In this document: piece after piece, positions 13,660 through 27,820 of the stretch
Numbering within the stretch: position 1 is the stretch's first letter
Layout of the letters: each line of letters starts with the position of its first letter
Assembly (NCBI GenBank): GCA_964016885.1
Contig: OZ024740.1
Location: 424,576,001-424,640,000, forward strand
Length of the DNA: 64,000 nucleotides
DNA from: Eledone cirrhosa
Lineage: Eukaryota
Reading direction: 5' to 3'
The notes under the pieces: model-generated
The model's input: the letters and a program-made list of their open reading frames with translations, nothing else
Told to the model about the DNA's origin: nothing
Databases searched by the model: none
Program-made: the position numbers and the translations under genes

Positions 13660-13965
13660 CTCCCACCACCACCACCACTACAACCATCACCACTATCACC
13701 ACCACCACCAACACTACTACCACCACTACAACCATCACCACCATCACCCTTCGCCACTGCCTTCACCCCCGCCACCGCCACCACCAACACTACTACCACC
13801 ACCACATCCACCACCACCACCACTACAACCCCCCCCCCCCTGCGACACCACCATCATCACCACCACTACCACCACCACCACCACTACCACCACCACCACC
13901 ACTACAACCACCACCACCATCACCCCCGCTGCCACCACCACCACCACTACTACCACTACAACAAA
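13660..13965. repeat. (CAC)n-rich low-complexity tract
   Basis: Directly visible. Confidence 0.9.
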
Positions 13966-14445
13966 ATACAATTACTCAGGTAAAAACCCACAACGTTGAA
14001 CATAATAGAAGAATGTCCACTGTAAGCAAAAATCATCCACCATATACTTCATGCTTAATCAACAAAACTTTCAGACCGTAGCTCGCCTTGCTGAACACAC
14101 AAACCGAAACCGCTTGGTACCGCGGTCGGGGTTTTACACACACACACATATACATGTACATAGAGAAATACACACAACCCAATTGTGTTCCAAATCGTTA
14201 CCAAGATTACCTGACGGTTTGTCTTGTTTTCACTCTTCATTTTCGATTTTTTTTCTTTACACGGACCTTATTTCTGTTTCCCCATTGTGATCCTGTCTCT
14301 ATTTTATATTCCTGAAGACGGGCTTAAGCCCCGACACGTCGAACTTTCTTTCCTCTTTCCATTATAAAGCGGGAAACTAATAAGACTTTTTGTACCTCTG
14401 TTTGTTGTTTCCTTGAACTATAAATATATATATATATATAAATTT

Positions 14446-14632
14446 ATCCCGGGTTCAATGGGAGGTAACCACAGTAAGTAAGGTACTCAATACAAAGCAG
14501 AGCATAGATATTTAATATAGAAAGGCTTCTACAGGACTAGAACTGTTTTATTCGGGAGAAATCACCAGGAAGCTCCTGATGCTTTCTGTCGAATGAAACA
14601 GTTACTAGTCCTGTAGAAGCCTTTCTAGATTC
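14446..14632. mobile_element. Short foldback Penelope-like terminus with a degenerate hammerhead, inserted in (TA)n
   Basis: Inverted arms tagaaaggcttctacaggactag.../...ctagtcctgtagaagcctttcta. The right arm has CTGATGC..GAAACAGTTA (core mutated). Confidence 0.6.
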
Positions 14633-14736
14633 AATATATATATATATATATATATATATAGTAGAATGTATAAGTTAAATTAAATGTTAGATAACTATCT
14701 GACTGCTAAGATAGTCTCGTATATTCCATCTTACAG

Positions 14737-14909
14737 GTCGGACAAGACGACAACACAGATATGCAGCAGCTAAAGCAGGCAAAATCTATTGAAATAACCT
14801 TAATCGATGGCGAGGAAATTGCATGTGGATATTGAAGCTCGATGATTCTGAAGTCAATATTAGAAATCTAATCAAAAGATCGATATCTGTGTCTGATTGA
14901 TGAGTACAG
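14737..14909 (+). pseudogene. Candidate exon 2 of a possible degenerate FGF/beta-trefoil-like gene
   Basis: Acceptor tattccatcttacag|, donor ag|gtttgt. Phase-compatible with the 10254 exon: (G)RTRRQHRYAAAKAGKIY*NNLNRWRGNCMWILKLDDSEVNIRNL, frameshift, then [11 protein letters not shown]. Confidence 0.28.
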
Positions 14910-15039
14910 GTTTGTTTAAAGGAGTGTATGTTTGTAAGTACATACAATTACAAACACGTGTCTGTACGCGCAGACGCACACACATATATACATATGTCTC
15001 GATTTACAAGCGAATGAGAAAAAAGACGCCATACATGCC

Positions 15040-15082
<43 letters not shown>

Positions 15083-15185
15083 AAAAGGGTCAGGACCCCG
15101 ACGGCAGAGCTCAAGCCGTTTCGACGGAAGTATCGAGTACTCTGGTACGTTATGGTTCACCTGGTATCTTGTCACACTTCATTCG

Positions 15186-15346
<161 letters not shown>

Positions 15347-15356
15347 ATATATATAT

Positions 15357-15387
<31 letters not shown>

Positions 15388-15416
15388 ATATAACGAATGA
15401 AGTGTGACAAGATACC

Positions 15417-16023
<607 letters not shown>

Positions 16024-16069
16024 ATATATATATATATATATGTATATATATGTATATATATTTTATATA

Positions 16070-16119
<50 letters not shown>

Positions 16120-16149
16120 GTATATATATATTTATATATATAATATATA

Positions 16150-16223
<74 letters not shown>

Positions 16224-16232
16224 ATATTATAT

Positions 16233-16313
<81 letters not shown>

Positions 16314-16723
16314 TAATATAATATAATATAATATATACACAAACTCCTGGAATGTTTTTAATCACATATATATTGTTTATATTTCTCTTCAGATATTATA
16401 CTAACGAATGTCAGATGATAATTCAGTGATGTCACAGGCCATCTGGAGCAATGGGGAGTCACAGACACAATCTTCCTCAGTCCAGGTATCAAATCCACAA
16501 TATTATGATCTTGGCGCCAATCACCTAAACAGTGGGTCACTTGCCTTCACATACATACATTCATACATACGTGTATTCGTAGACACAGATAGACATATAC
16601 CAATACATACATACATACGTACATGCGTAGACACAGATAGATATATAGACATATATCAATACATTCATACATATCTATATACGTACATACACAAATGCAT
16701 AGATCTGCAAACACACATACACA

Positions 16724-16763
<40 letters not shown>

Positions 16764-17139
16764 AATATTTATATTTAATATATTAATTCATTACCGTCGA
16801 GAGTAAACACAACAGTTAAAAACTATGACCCCAAGTAAAACGACTGAAGGCAGTGGCGTGGCCATATATATACCACAACAATGATAAATACAGAAAAGTT
16901 GAAATTTAATCTAGACTTTCTCTTATTGATTAAACTCAATATATTCGATAACAAATTTCAGATAGGTTTCTGGTATATATCTGGAAGTTATATAACAAGT
17001 TGCATAATGTCTATGCAATATGTGTGCCCTTCCACGATGGAACTGGTGATCCTTTCGTTAGCAAGGTTTATTCCTTGTATCCAAATTTCGGTCTGACTAC
17101 AGAAGCATTCTAACCATTGTAGTAATCCTGGCTGTGTTG

Positions 17140-18280
17140 TCACATAACCTTTTTCAAACGAGGGAGGTCACGCTGACCGAAGTTTTGGCAATTGTTTACA
17201 GCGTGTGAAAACAAATGGATATTCACCGCCTCAATACAAAAGTTCTCAACTTGTGTGAAACAATAACGGAACCGCTATCGATCTCATATATGTATAGATA
17301 TTCAGGCAATCTCAACATTGGCATCACCAAGTTCAATTGAAACAAGTGAAAGATTTAAAGTCCCCAGGGAATATTTTCACTCAAGATGGAAGACTGGAGA
17401 GCGAGAGAGAGAGATTAAGACCCGGGTGTAGAAGGTTAATAGCATCAGTTGCCAGATCTTGCCCGCTCTCTAAACTCCCTAATTCATTGTGATGTTAAAT
17501 AGGGTATAACACCCATGGCACGTGTCATAGGCGCCACTTGGACTAGGAACTCTTTCTATTTAAGTCAGATAAGCTATCGTTGGAGAGTGAAATAAGCAAC
17601 TCATTCAGATGTATGATCTGTCTTTGATTATCGTGGGTGAGAAACACTATGGTGGCTGGATCATTAAACCATTTATATGAATTATTAAGTTCATAGGTAA
17701 AAATACAGTGCTGGGAACTACATGACTACATAGGCATACCTCATAGTATTACTTGCCTAATATTTTAATAGGGTCTAATATTTGTCAAATATTACACAGA
17801 TTGCACCCTTTAAATACTCCAAAACTTTTGCAAATACTTCACATATACTTAAGTGTAAAGGATACTTGTTTGGGCAGGGGTGTGATTTCATTGCTTGCCA
17901 AAGGTGATATTTTTCCTGGTTATGTCTCTGGATGTTAAGGTGTTTTAGGGTGGAAATCTGTCAGTTGATGATGTCACTGGCCTTCTATATTCTCGTCTCA
18001 ATGAAAACTAAAGATAAGTTGATCATCTGAAACTTCATTCTGACACTGTCATATCAATGCCAAAACTGAACCCTGTCTAACTTAGTCTCTAGAGTACAAA
18101 GCCACGACCTGCTAGGTGTAGGCGTGAAAAGACAAGACAGGGTAGGATATGGCAGGACGGGGTCAGGAAACTGGTAGGGACCAATCAGTCATCACATATA
18201 ACAACAAAACAAACACTACGATTGTTCGGACATATCACGAGAATGTCACTCCACTCGCCAGCTCATCGTACCTATAATAT
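17140..18280 (+). mobile_element. Decayed RTE-clade LINE RT and C-terminus, interrupted by other repeats
   Basis: QLKQVKDLKSPGNIFTQDGRLESE..IKTRV*KVN at ~17335-17450; SYQCQN*TL, GVKRQDRV and LRLFGHITRM at 18050-18270. Confidence 0.75.
17518..17700 (+). repeat. Unclassified dispersed repeat
   Basis: Homologous to 57228-57402 (cagataagctatcgt...gggtgagaaacactatggtggctggatcatta). Confidence 0.75.
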
Positions 18281-18289
18281 ATACACATT

Positions 18290-18408
<119 letters not shown>

Positions 18409-18667
18409 TATGTATGTATGTATATATGTGTGAATGTAAATATTTATATGAATATGTGTATGTATATATATATGTATATATTTAAGTATGTATGTGTGTA
18501 TGTGCGTGCGCATGTACCTATGTATGTATGAAGATAGGTAGATAGGGCTCAATATATGTACCAATGTACGTACTAATATGAATGTATGTGTATGTATTAT
18601 GTATACATAAATATAATCCCACATAATGCCTAACTCTCTCTCACACACACAAATACACACAAACACA

Positions 18668-18700
<33 letters not shown>

Positions 18701-18830
18701 AGAAACATTAAACGAGATAACATTTCATGTAGTTTTCCTAAATCACAATTTATTGTCGATATTCATTTCCTCCATAAACTAAGGAACAATAACAATAAAA
18801 GGTGAATCTTTAATGGCGTTAGTCGTTCAC

Positions 18831-19063
18831 TCTAATCTATCTAAAAGCTCCCTGGTTGCGTAGGGCCCTTCCTAACCACACAACTACCTCACAAGGTATT
18901 TGTGTAATTGACCCAGAATCCTACTTCAGTATACAGAGATTAGGATTAAGGTTTTAAGGTTAGGATTAGGGTTTACAGTTAGGGTTAAACGTGAAATGGG
19001 AGATAAAAAAAAAATTGTAAAACGTTTCTACTTCGGCCCGGGCAACGACGGGTAGCTCTCCAG
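18831..19063 (+). mobile_element. Non-autonomous Helitron-like element with internal TTAGGG-like repeats
   Basis: TC start, degenerate ttaggg run at 18940-18987, 3' hairpin cccg-ggcaacga-cggg followed by CCAG|T (CTAG-like). Confidence 0.55.
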
Positions 19064-19107
19064 TATAATCATTATCATCATCATATATATATATATATAT
19101 ATATATA

Positions 19108-19291
19108 GGAACGAGTAGGACCCCGACGGCTGAGCTCAAGCCGTTTCGACGGCTAATTCTGGACTACTCTTAGTCCAGAATTAGCCGTTGAAACGTTCCT
19201 ATTACTCGTTCCTATTACCCACTCTACTACCCTAAGTATTGAGTACTTTGGTGCGTTATGGTCCATCTGGTTCCTTACCACATTTCCTTCG

Positions 19292-19293
<2 letters not shown>
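19108..19293 (+). mobile_element. Foldback half-hammerhead element in (TA)n
   Basis: Same family as 20869, 34149, 15081 and 19603; right arm partly deleted. Confidence 0.75.
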
Positions 19294-19339
<46 letters not shown>

Positions 19340-19476
19340 TATGGATAATTAGATTAGTCACGAATATATATGTATCTCAATGAAAAGAGATCGTTAAAAT
19401 ATCCTATTCGGAGAAGTATATATATACATATATACATACATACATATATACATACACACACACACACACACACACC

Positions 19477-19547
<71 letters not shown>

Positions 19548-19655
19548 ATATATTTGAATTTCGTATTTATAAATAAATACGTTATGTTTATGAATAAACA
19601 TTTCCCAGAAATAGCCGTCGAAACGGCTTGAGCTCTGCCGTCAGGGTCTTGAGCA

Positions 19656-19742
<87 letters not shown>

Positions 19743-19745
<3 letters not shown>

Positions 19746-20361
19746 ACCGATTAAACTTCGTTCCCTAGGGATATACACAACCTCAAGCAATTTAAACATA
19801 AGGAGCCTGGGCATAATCCCTGACCGTCAAAACAATCTATGAATTGAAATATAAATAAGTCAGACCACTTCAATAGATTGAGATGGTCATTATTAGCAGG
19901 TTAACTTTGCCTTTCATCCTTACGGGGTCGATAAAATAAAGTACCAGTAATGTACTGAGTAATTGCTGGCCTTGTGCCAAAAGTAGAAACAATTATTAGC
20001 AAATCAAATTCTTCGACTGTATTTATAGTTTGTGAATCCGAGAACAAATCGAACCATATCAATAGATATGGCCATCATTAACAGAACCAATTCTTCATGG
20101 GAGGGTGTTTCAGAATCGTATAAGAACAATAGATAGATACCTGTTAAGAGAGATTTTTTTTATCCCTCATCCATTCAGCATGGTACGATAAAATTAAAAA
20201 TCATAATATCGCACGCATGGAAAAAGACAGGCCTAAGATACTGCTAGAAATAGCAGTCAATACAGGTTGTCTAATCAGGAGCAGGGATTTGGGTCAGGCT
20301 CCTTATGTTTAAGTTGCTGGAGGTTGTGTATATCCCTAGGGAACGATGTTTAATCGGCCCT
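19743..20361. mobile_element. MITE/foldback element with ~80-bp TIRs and an internal SINE fragment
   Basis: 19743-19822 is the reverse complement of 20282-20361 (ccgattaaac.tcgttccctagggatatacacaacctc...). SINE piece at 19897-19996. Confidence 0.8.
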
Positions 20362-20517
20362 TTATTGATATGTATAAGATATTCTCTCTCTGTCTCTGTG
20401 TGTATATATATATAGAGAGAGAGGTAGAAGACTGGAAGGTAATATCCGTAGTGGTAGAGTACTCAGTCCATGGGACGAGTTTGATAGATGTGGTAACACA
20501 ACAGTTAGTTGACCATA

Positions 20518-20557
20518 CCGAGAACAAATGTTTCACCTTAGCGGATCTTCAGCTCGG
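20518..20557 (-). ncRNA. Type I hammerhead ribozyme inside a foldback (arms 20484-20549 and 20564-20629)
   Basis: Minus: ccgag CTGAAGA t-cc-gctaa-gg-t GAAA CATTTG TT ctcgg. The other arm shows the palindromic ACAATTGT stem III. Confidence 0.7.
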
Positions 20558-20690
20558 ACTCCGGAGATCCGCTAAGGTGAAACAATTGTTCTCGGTATGG
20601 TGAACTAACTGTTGTGTTACTACTTCTATATATAATATATATATATATACGTATACTGAGGTGTCGGTAAGCAACCAACATATACTCAAA

Positions 20691-20735
<45 letters not shown>

Positions 20736-20868
20736 TATTATATCAGTTTAAACTAGTAAGACCATGCTTGGGATAGTGTGTAAATATAGTAGAGAGTCAA
20801 GGATGGCACGCACGGCGGCAAGAGCTCAGCAGTTGGTTTCTGACACACACACACATATATATATATAT

Positions 20869-21169
<301 letters not shown>

Positions 21170-21607
21170 TATTACAAGATGGTGAGTGTGGTCAGTCTTC
21201 TACCACACTTCTCACACCATAAAATACCCGGTTCAGTCAGCCAAACAGTCACAAAGCTGAGGTCGACACTAATGTATAATATAAGTCACTGGCTTTATAT
21301 CTGAATTGCTGTAGGGACATCGGATGTTTCCTATGTGGGGTGTATAGGGCTTATTGCTAAAAGGGTAGCTTTAGTCCCACTCTTAGACATAGTGAAGCAC
21401 GTGTGCTGCCAACGGTAGTAAAGCTAAAACTAGTAGAGACCTGAACAACCGGCAGACTTGAAGTGTAGTACTGTCGGGGTGGACAGTTGAGTATTAAGTA
21501 TATGTCAGGTTATCACACCACGGCAGTATTTAGAAGACCTGTTGGGGGCTGAGATTTTTTTTGTCTGAAGGATGGCTAGGCTTGGAGGTGAGAAAGAGAG
21601 CGAAGTA

Positions 21608-21775
21608 CCATATTTCCCGACGCCGAAGACGCTTCGTCCTCGAGGACGCACCCTCATTTTGACAACAAAAATTTGAAAAAAAATAATAAACAACCTTCGG
21701 CCTCCAGGACGCATGGTAGATTTTTGAGACTTATTTTAGGAAAAAAGTCGCGTCTTCGACGCCGGGAAATAATGG
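21608..21775. mobile_element. pogo/Tigger-like MITE
   Basis: ~25-bp TIRs ccatatttcccgacgccgaagacgc / gcgtcttcgacgccgggaaataatgg, with TA at the left flank. Confidence 0.75.
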
Positions 21776-21779
21776 TTAC

Positions 21780-22272
21780 TTATTTAGACACAAGACCAAC
21801 AATTTTGGGAGAAGTGGAAGTCGATTAAATCAACCCCAGTGCGTTACTGGTACTTTATGTTATCGACTCCGTAATGATGAAAAGCAAAGTTGACCTCGGC
21901 GGGATTTGATCGTATATAGTAAAGGGCTGTAACTAAATGCTTCTATTCATTTTGTCCGGCGCTCTAACAATTCCGCCAATTCACTGCCCTTAAGATCGAA
22001 GTAAATAATGAGAGATGCACACATACAGGCATACATATTTACACAGATACACATTTATACACACACATTCACATACATACACATTTACACATACATACAT
22101 TACTTATTATCATTATATGTTTGCTTTCCAGCATAGTTACGTCCCTTTACGGTCTGAGTTCAAATCCCGTCGAGGTTAACTTTGCCTTTCATCCTTACGG
22201 GGTCGATAAAATAAAGTACCAGTAATGCACTGGGATAATTGCAGGCCTGGTGCCAAAAGTAGAAACAATTAT
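21780..22272. mobile_element. Two Meta-like SINE copies in opposite orientation (21780-21990 minus; 22125-22272 plus)
   Basis: Core actttgcctttcatccttacggggtcgataaaataaagtaccag and its reverse complement. Confidence 0.8.
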
Positions 22273-22766
22273 ATGTTGATGTGTTTGTATCAGAGTATAG
22301 TAATGATAGAATGTATGCGTGATTGCATTGTGTATATGTATATATATATATTTGTGTGTGTATGCGTGTGGGTCTGTGGTGTGTATATGTCTGTGTGTGT
22401 GTGTGTTTCTTCTGCGTTTATTTAACCCTTTAAATTATCTTATAGTTGTAATATATAATGTTCATGTTCCCACGTATATATATAGAGAGAGTATATGTGT
22501 GTGTGTTGAAGTTTCCGTGGAAAAAGTAAAAGGAATGAAGAGTGCTCTATGTAAGTAACAGAGCTAAATATTTAATGTATAATAAACAACATTACCTTAT
22601 CTGACGAACGAATGCGGACGTCTCTTGTGTTCGTCCTGTTCGGGAAATCTCGGGTAATGAGGTAATTATACTTATTATACATTAAATTATATATATATAT
22701 ATATATATATTGACAAAGTTATACACCTCAACAACATGTGTACTCGTCTCTACCACACTAATTCGG

Positions 22767-22821
22767 ACTGCCTGAAGAGGTCACAGCCAAAGATGGCTGT
22801 CACCGAAATATATATATCAGT
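22767..22821 (+). ncRNA. Type I hammerhead-like motif with a mismatched stem I closing pair
   Basis: actgc CTGAAGA ggt-c-acagcca-aaga-tggctgt-c-acc GAAA TATATA TA tcagt. Confidence 0.6.
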
Positions 22822-22877
22822 AATAAACGAAGCCAAATTTTAAACATTTGACTTATTTATTTTATTTTATTTTATTT

Positions 22878-22908
<31 letters not shown>

Positions 22909-23129
22909 GTGTATATATATATGTATTTGGAATATTTTGTATATTTTGTGACCCTTGTGGCTAATAAATAAAAAAATATAACTATTTTTATTGTTATTAT
23001 CATTATTATTATTATTGCTGTTGTTGTTGTTATCGTTATTGGATGATTTTGAAAAGAAAAATGAAAAATAGACTGGTTAAATAGATTGGTGAAAGTGTCA
23101 CTTGGGAGTCTCGGTTTTAAAAATTAACG

Positions 23130-23186
<57 letters not shown>

Positions 23187-23374
23187 AGATAAATCTACCA
23201 AAAGTTTACGGTAGTGTCCAATCCGTATGAAGAACTCAATGTAATCCGGATATCATGAAAAGAGAAGATGCATTCAAAAACTACTTTCGGTGAAAAATAA
23301 ACGGAAAACAGAGTGAAGATAAATTAATAAAATAATGAATAAACAAAGAAACAGTTCCTTATATTAAAAAAATT

Positions 23375-23523
23375 CATCATTTTACGATCGTTTCTAGGAT
23401 ATATATGTGTTAGAGTTGGTATGCATATTCTATAGATCTATGTACAATATTTACAATATTTATACAAACTATCAGAGGGAATATACATACCTACACATAT
23501 ATATGCTGTCTTCAGAAATAATG
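23375..23523 (-). ncRNA. Type I hammerhead ribozyme with a 114-nt stem II
   Basis: Reverse complement of 25168-25316. Confidence 0.75.
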
Positions 23524-24215
23524 ATATTTGTTTATTGAAAAAAACAAAGATTCAATACAATAGGTCTGTTTGGGAACAGGTTTTGAATTGACCAATAGAT
23601 AGATAGTGAGGGTCAGGATAGTAATATAGTAGTAGAAGAACCTTAAATTATGGGTAGAGGAAGGTAGAAGATAGTTTTGGATGGAAAAGAATATTATGAA
23701 TGAAGGATTATTTTAGGGAAGAAATAGGTCTTATGTTGACCACAGAAATAATTTTATTTTTTCATTGAATAAAACCAACAAAGATCTAATATATTCTGTC
23801 TGTTTGGTAAGAGGTTTAGAATTAACCAATAGAAAGTTAATAATTGGCCAAATGGTAAAACAGTAGTAATTGAAGCTTATTTTAGGGGTGAAAATAGGTC
23901 AGGTGGTCAGTAAAAGGTATACAAGCAGGTGCTGTTATAAAATAGTAATGCCAATACAAATATCAAAGGTGACTAAATTTTTAAGATAAGAATGTTAGTG
24001 AAAAAAATACATCTATGAAAAGAATATAAATTAATTTAATTGATGGGTATATTTATATTGATAAAATTATACTAATACATATAGATATGATAAATAAGAG
24101 TTAGATGCAGTTGAAAAGTGCTGTTAAAGATGAGGGGAAATTAAAAGAATATAAAAATAAAAAAATAAAAATAATATATATATATATTTATACATATATA
24201 TATATACACATATAT

Positions 24216-24271
<56 letters not shown>

Positions 24272-24343
24272 TTATATATATACACATATATACACATACA
24301 CACACATACACACACATATATATATATACATATACATATATAT

Positions 24344-24384
<41 letters not shown>

Positions 24385-25167
24385 GATATATACATGCATA
24401 TATACATACATACACTTACATATACACACACATATACACTTATATATACATATAATTATTGGGGGGGGGGGGATTAAATTTATTAGTGAGAAATAGTAAA
24501 TATATATAGTTTTCAAGGAACATAGAGTCATAACCTGAAGTTAAAGCATTATATATGTATACTTAATGGTATCAGTTTTAGGAAATGATATTTGTAAGAA
24601 GGAAAGCAAAATTATGTAGTTCATCAGTAGTAGAATATTAATTATAGGTTAACTAAATTAAAAATAATTTATAAATTAATTTCTAAAGTGTATATTAATT
24701 AGGTTTATAATATTTAAAGGTTTTTCTCAGCTTATGATTGAACGATATTATTAATTCCTGTCGCTTATTTAATAGGATATCCTTAGATTTCATTATTCAA
24801 AAAGTTCTTGGGAACATAATCTACATTCATTTCTACTATTTTGATAAGGGGTGGCCCTTTTGAGCACACTCCAGGTCAGGTCATATTCTATATTCCTCTT
24901 TCTATAACTATTTATTATTTCAGCTAGAGATGTTGTATTAATGGACAGTTTGCCTTGTTTCTACAGTTACAACTTTTCGTGAATCCTTCATTCATAATAT
25001 TCTTTTCCATCCAAAACTGAAATCTACCTTCCTCTACCCATAATTTAAGGTTCTTCTACTACTATATTACTATCCTGACCCTCACTATCTATCTATTGGT
25101 CAATTCAAAACCTGTTCCCAAACAGACCTATTGTATTGAATCTTTATTTTTTTCAATAAACAAATAT

Positions 25168-25316
25168 CATTATTTCTGAAGACAGCATATATATGTGTAG
25201 GTATGTATATTCCCTCTGATAGTTTGTATAAATATTGTAAATATTGTACATAGATCTATAGAATATGCATACCAACTCTAACACATATATATCCTAGAAA
25301 CGATCGTAAAATGATG
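25168..25316 (+). ncRNA. Type I hammerhead ribozyme with a 114-nt stem II
   Basis: cattattt CTGAAGA [long hairpin] GAAA CGATCG TA aaatgatg: 8-bp stem I, palindromic ACGATCGT stem III, GUA site. Confidence 0.75.
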
Positions 25317-25402
25317 AATTTTTTTAATATAAGGAACTGTTTCTTTGTTTATTCATTATTTTATTAATTTAATATATATATATATATACTTAGTGATTTA
25401 GT

Positions 25403-25522
25403 GAAGGCGTGTGGCTGAGTGGTTAGAGAATTTGGATTCGCAATCGTAAGGTTGTGAGTTAGATTCCTGGACCAGGTGATGCGTTATGTCCTTGAGCAAG
25501 ACACTTTATTTCACGTTGCTCC
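25403..25522 (+). mobile_element. CORE-like SINE, 3'-truncated
   Basis: tRNA head and ccttgagcaagacactttatttcacg core. Confidence 0.8.
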
Positions 25523-25636
25523 TTCTACCTGGAGTTGCGACCGATAGATAGTATTAGCAATTTTAAAGACCAACGGAAACATTGTTCCCTCGGTCCGATT
25601 TGACGAAAGTCGATCGTTCTTTCTTCTTCTTCTATA

Positions 25637-25687
<51 letters not shown>

Positions 25688-25801
25688 TTTCTGGATTTGT
25701 TTAGCAAGATTCTTTATCTGAAAACGTGTGTTGAAACCGATATGGTGCGTGTGTTTCTTATTGGCAACATGGCCCTCCCAAAGTATAACAATATATATAT
25801 A

Positions 25802-25848
<47 letters not shown>

Positions 25849-26328
25849 AATGAAGAATTAGAAATAGAAGTTAGGAATATCCATCATCAGTTGTCTACCA
25901 GGCACCATAGGTATTTCTTCGCATTACAGACAATATACCTCCAGCTAGGGCGATACAATCACTAAAATAAATTATTGGGATAAAAAGAGTTGGGTGGAGA
26001 AAGAGAAAGACAGGTAAACAGACACGAATGGTGAGGCAACGTAAAGAGAGGAGAAAATGAAAAAATCAAGTCAATAATTCATTTCGAACATAAGAACGGG
26101 CGAATATTGACGAGAAGGCGAAAGACACATCTTGGCCGTATGGATGTGAGCGATGAAAAGGATTGCGTACGGTGTGGGACGATGGAGGAAGTGAGAGAGA
26201 GGGTGAGTAGCAGAGAATGAGTGAGTGAAAGTGCGAGGAAGAAGGTGACTAGCAGAGGGGATGAGTGAAAGTAAGAGGGAGAAGGAGAGAGAAAGAGGAT
26301 AGCAGGGAAGAGAAAAAGGACAGGTCAC

Positions 26329-26426
<98 letters not shown>

Positions 26427-26428
26427 GC

Positions 26429-26510
<82 letters not shown>

Positions 26511-26563
26511 GTATATATATATATGTACATATATGTATATATATATATGTATATATATATATG

Positions 26564-26637
<74 letters not shown>

Positions 26638-26746
26638 GAAAAAAATGAAAACGAAATTTCATTTCTCACTCTTAGTATGGCACTTACTTAAATGTAAGTA
26701 TGTATGTATACGTACATACATATATGTATACAGACGTACAGTAGCA

Positions 26747-26829
<83 letters not shown>

Positions 26830-27744
26830 GCATACAGGTACACATACATATATGCACGCATCAGTTTAGCCGACGTTTATTATAACGCCGGCCGCTTTGT
26901 TCGTTTGTTTGTCAACAAAGCGAACAGCCTGAATTTATGCCATACGGTGTTAAGGCAACCACGTCACCTTTTTGTTCAACACTGACACAGGAACGATGTA
27001 CTAGTTTCAAACTTGTTAGCTATCATCAGCACCGTTTACCCATCTGCCAGATAGTTGAACGTTCGAAAGTATATACTTTCCTTATGAAAATTAACGGTTG
27101 AGCAGCCTAATTTGCATATTGAGTGAGTTAAATCGGTCAGGCATACCGAAAACGATAAGTTGAAAAAAATGAAAACGAAATTTCATTTCTCACTCTTAGT
27201 ATGGCACTTACTTAAATGTAAGTATGTATGTATACGTACATACATATATGTATACAGACGTACAGTAGCATGCATATATATATATATATATATATACACA
27301 TATGCATACAGGTACACATACATATATGCACGCATCAGTTTAGCCGACGTTTATTATAACGCCGGCCGCTTTGTTCGTTTGTTTGTCAACAAAGCGAACA
27401 GCCTGAATTTATGCCATACGGTGGTAAGGCAACCACGTCACCTTTTTCTTCAACACTGACACAGGAACGATGTACTAGTTTCAAGCTTGTTAGCTATCAT
27501 CAGTACCATTTACCCATCTGCCAGATAGTTGAACGTTCGAAAGTATATACTTTCCTTATGAAAATTAACGGCTGAGCAGCCTAATTTGCATATTGAGTGA
27601 GTTAAATCGGTCAGGCATACCGAAAACGATAAGTTGAAAAAAATGAAAACGAAATTTCATTTCTCACTCTTAGTATGGCACTTACTTAAATGTAAGTATG
27701 TATGTATACGTACATACATATATGTATACAGACGTACAGTGGCA

Positions 27745-27817
<73 letters not shown>

Positions 27818-27820
<3 letters not shown>

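Larger units (their letters stand above)
23181..25371 (-). mobile_element. 5'-truncated Penelope-like element with an inverted pLTR copy
   Basis: 390-bp inverted arms 23320-23709 and 24982-25371, each with an HHR. Minus fragment 24715-24980 encodes KSCNCRNKANCPL // TTSLAEIINSYRKRNIEYDLTWSVLKRATPYQNSRNECRLCSQE..LLNKRQELI...H (linker and GIY-YIG C-terminus). Both ends lie in (TA)n. Confidence 0.85.

Noticed and set aside
14311-14344. HHR CTGAAGA c-gggc-ttaa-gccc-c GACAC GTC
   Set aside because: GAAA core mutated to GACA; likely a dead hammerhead, so not called as functional
22598-22637. Possible 40-bp minus-strand exon (cag|...aag|gtaatg)
   Set aside because: Too short, no partner exons or recognisable peptide
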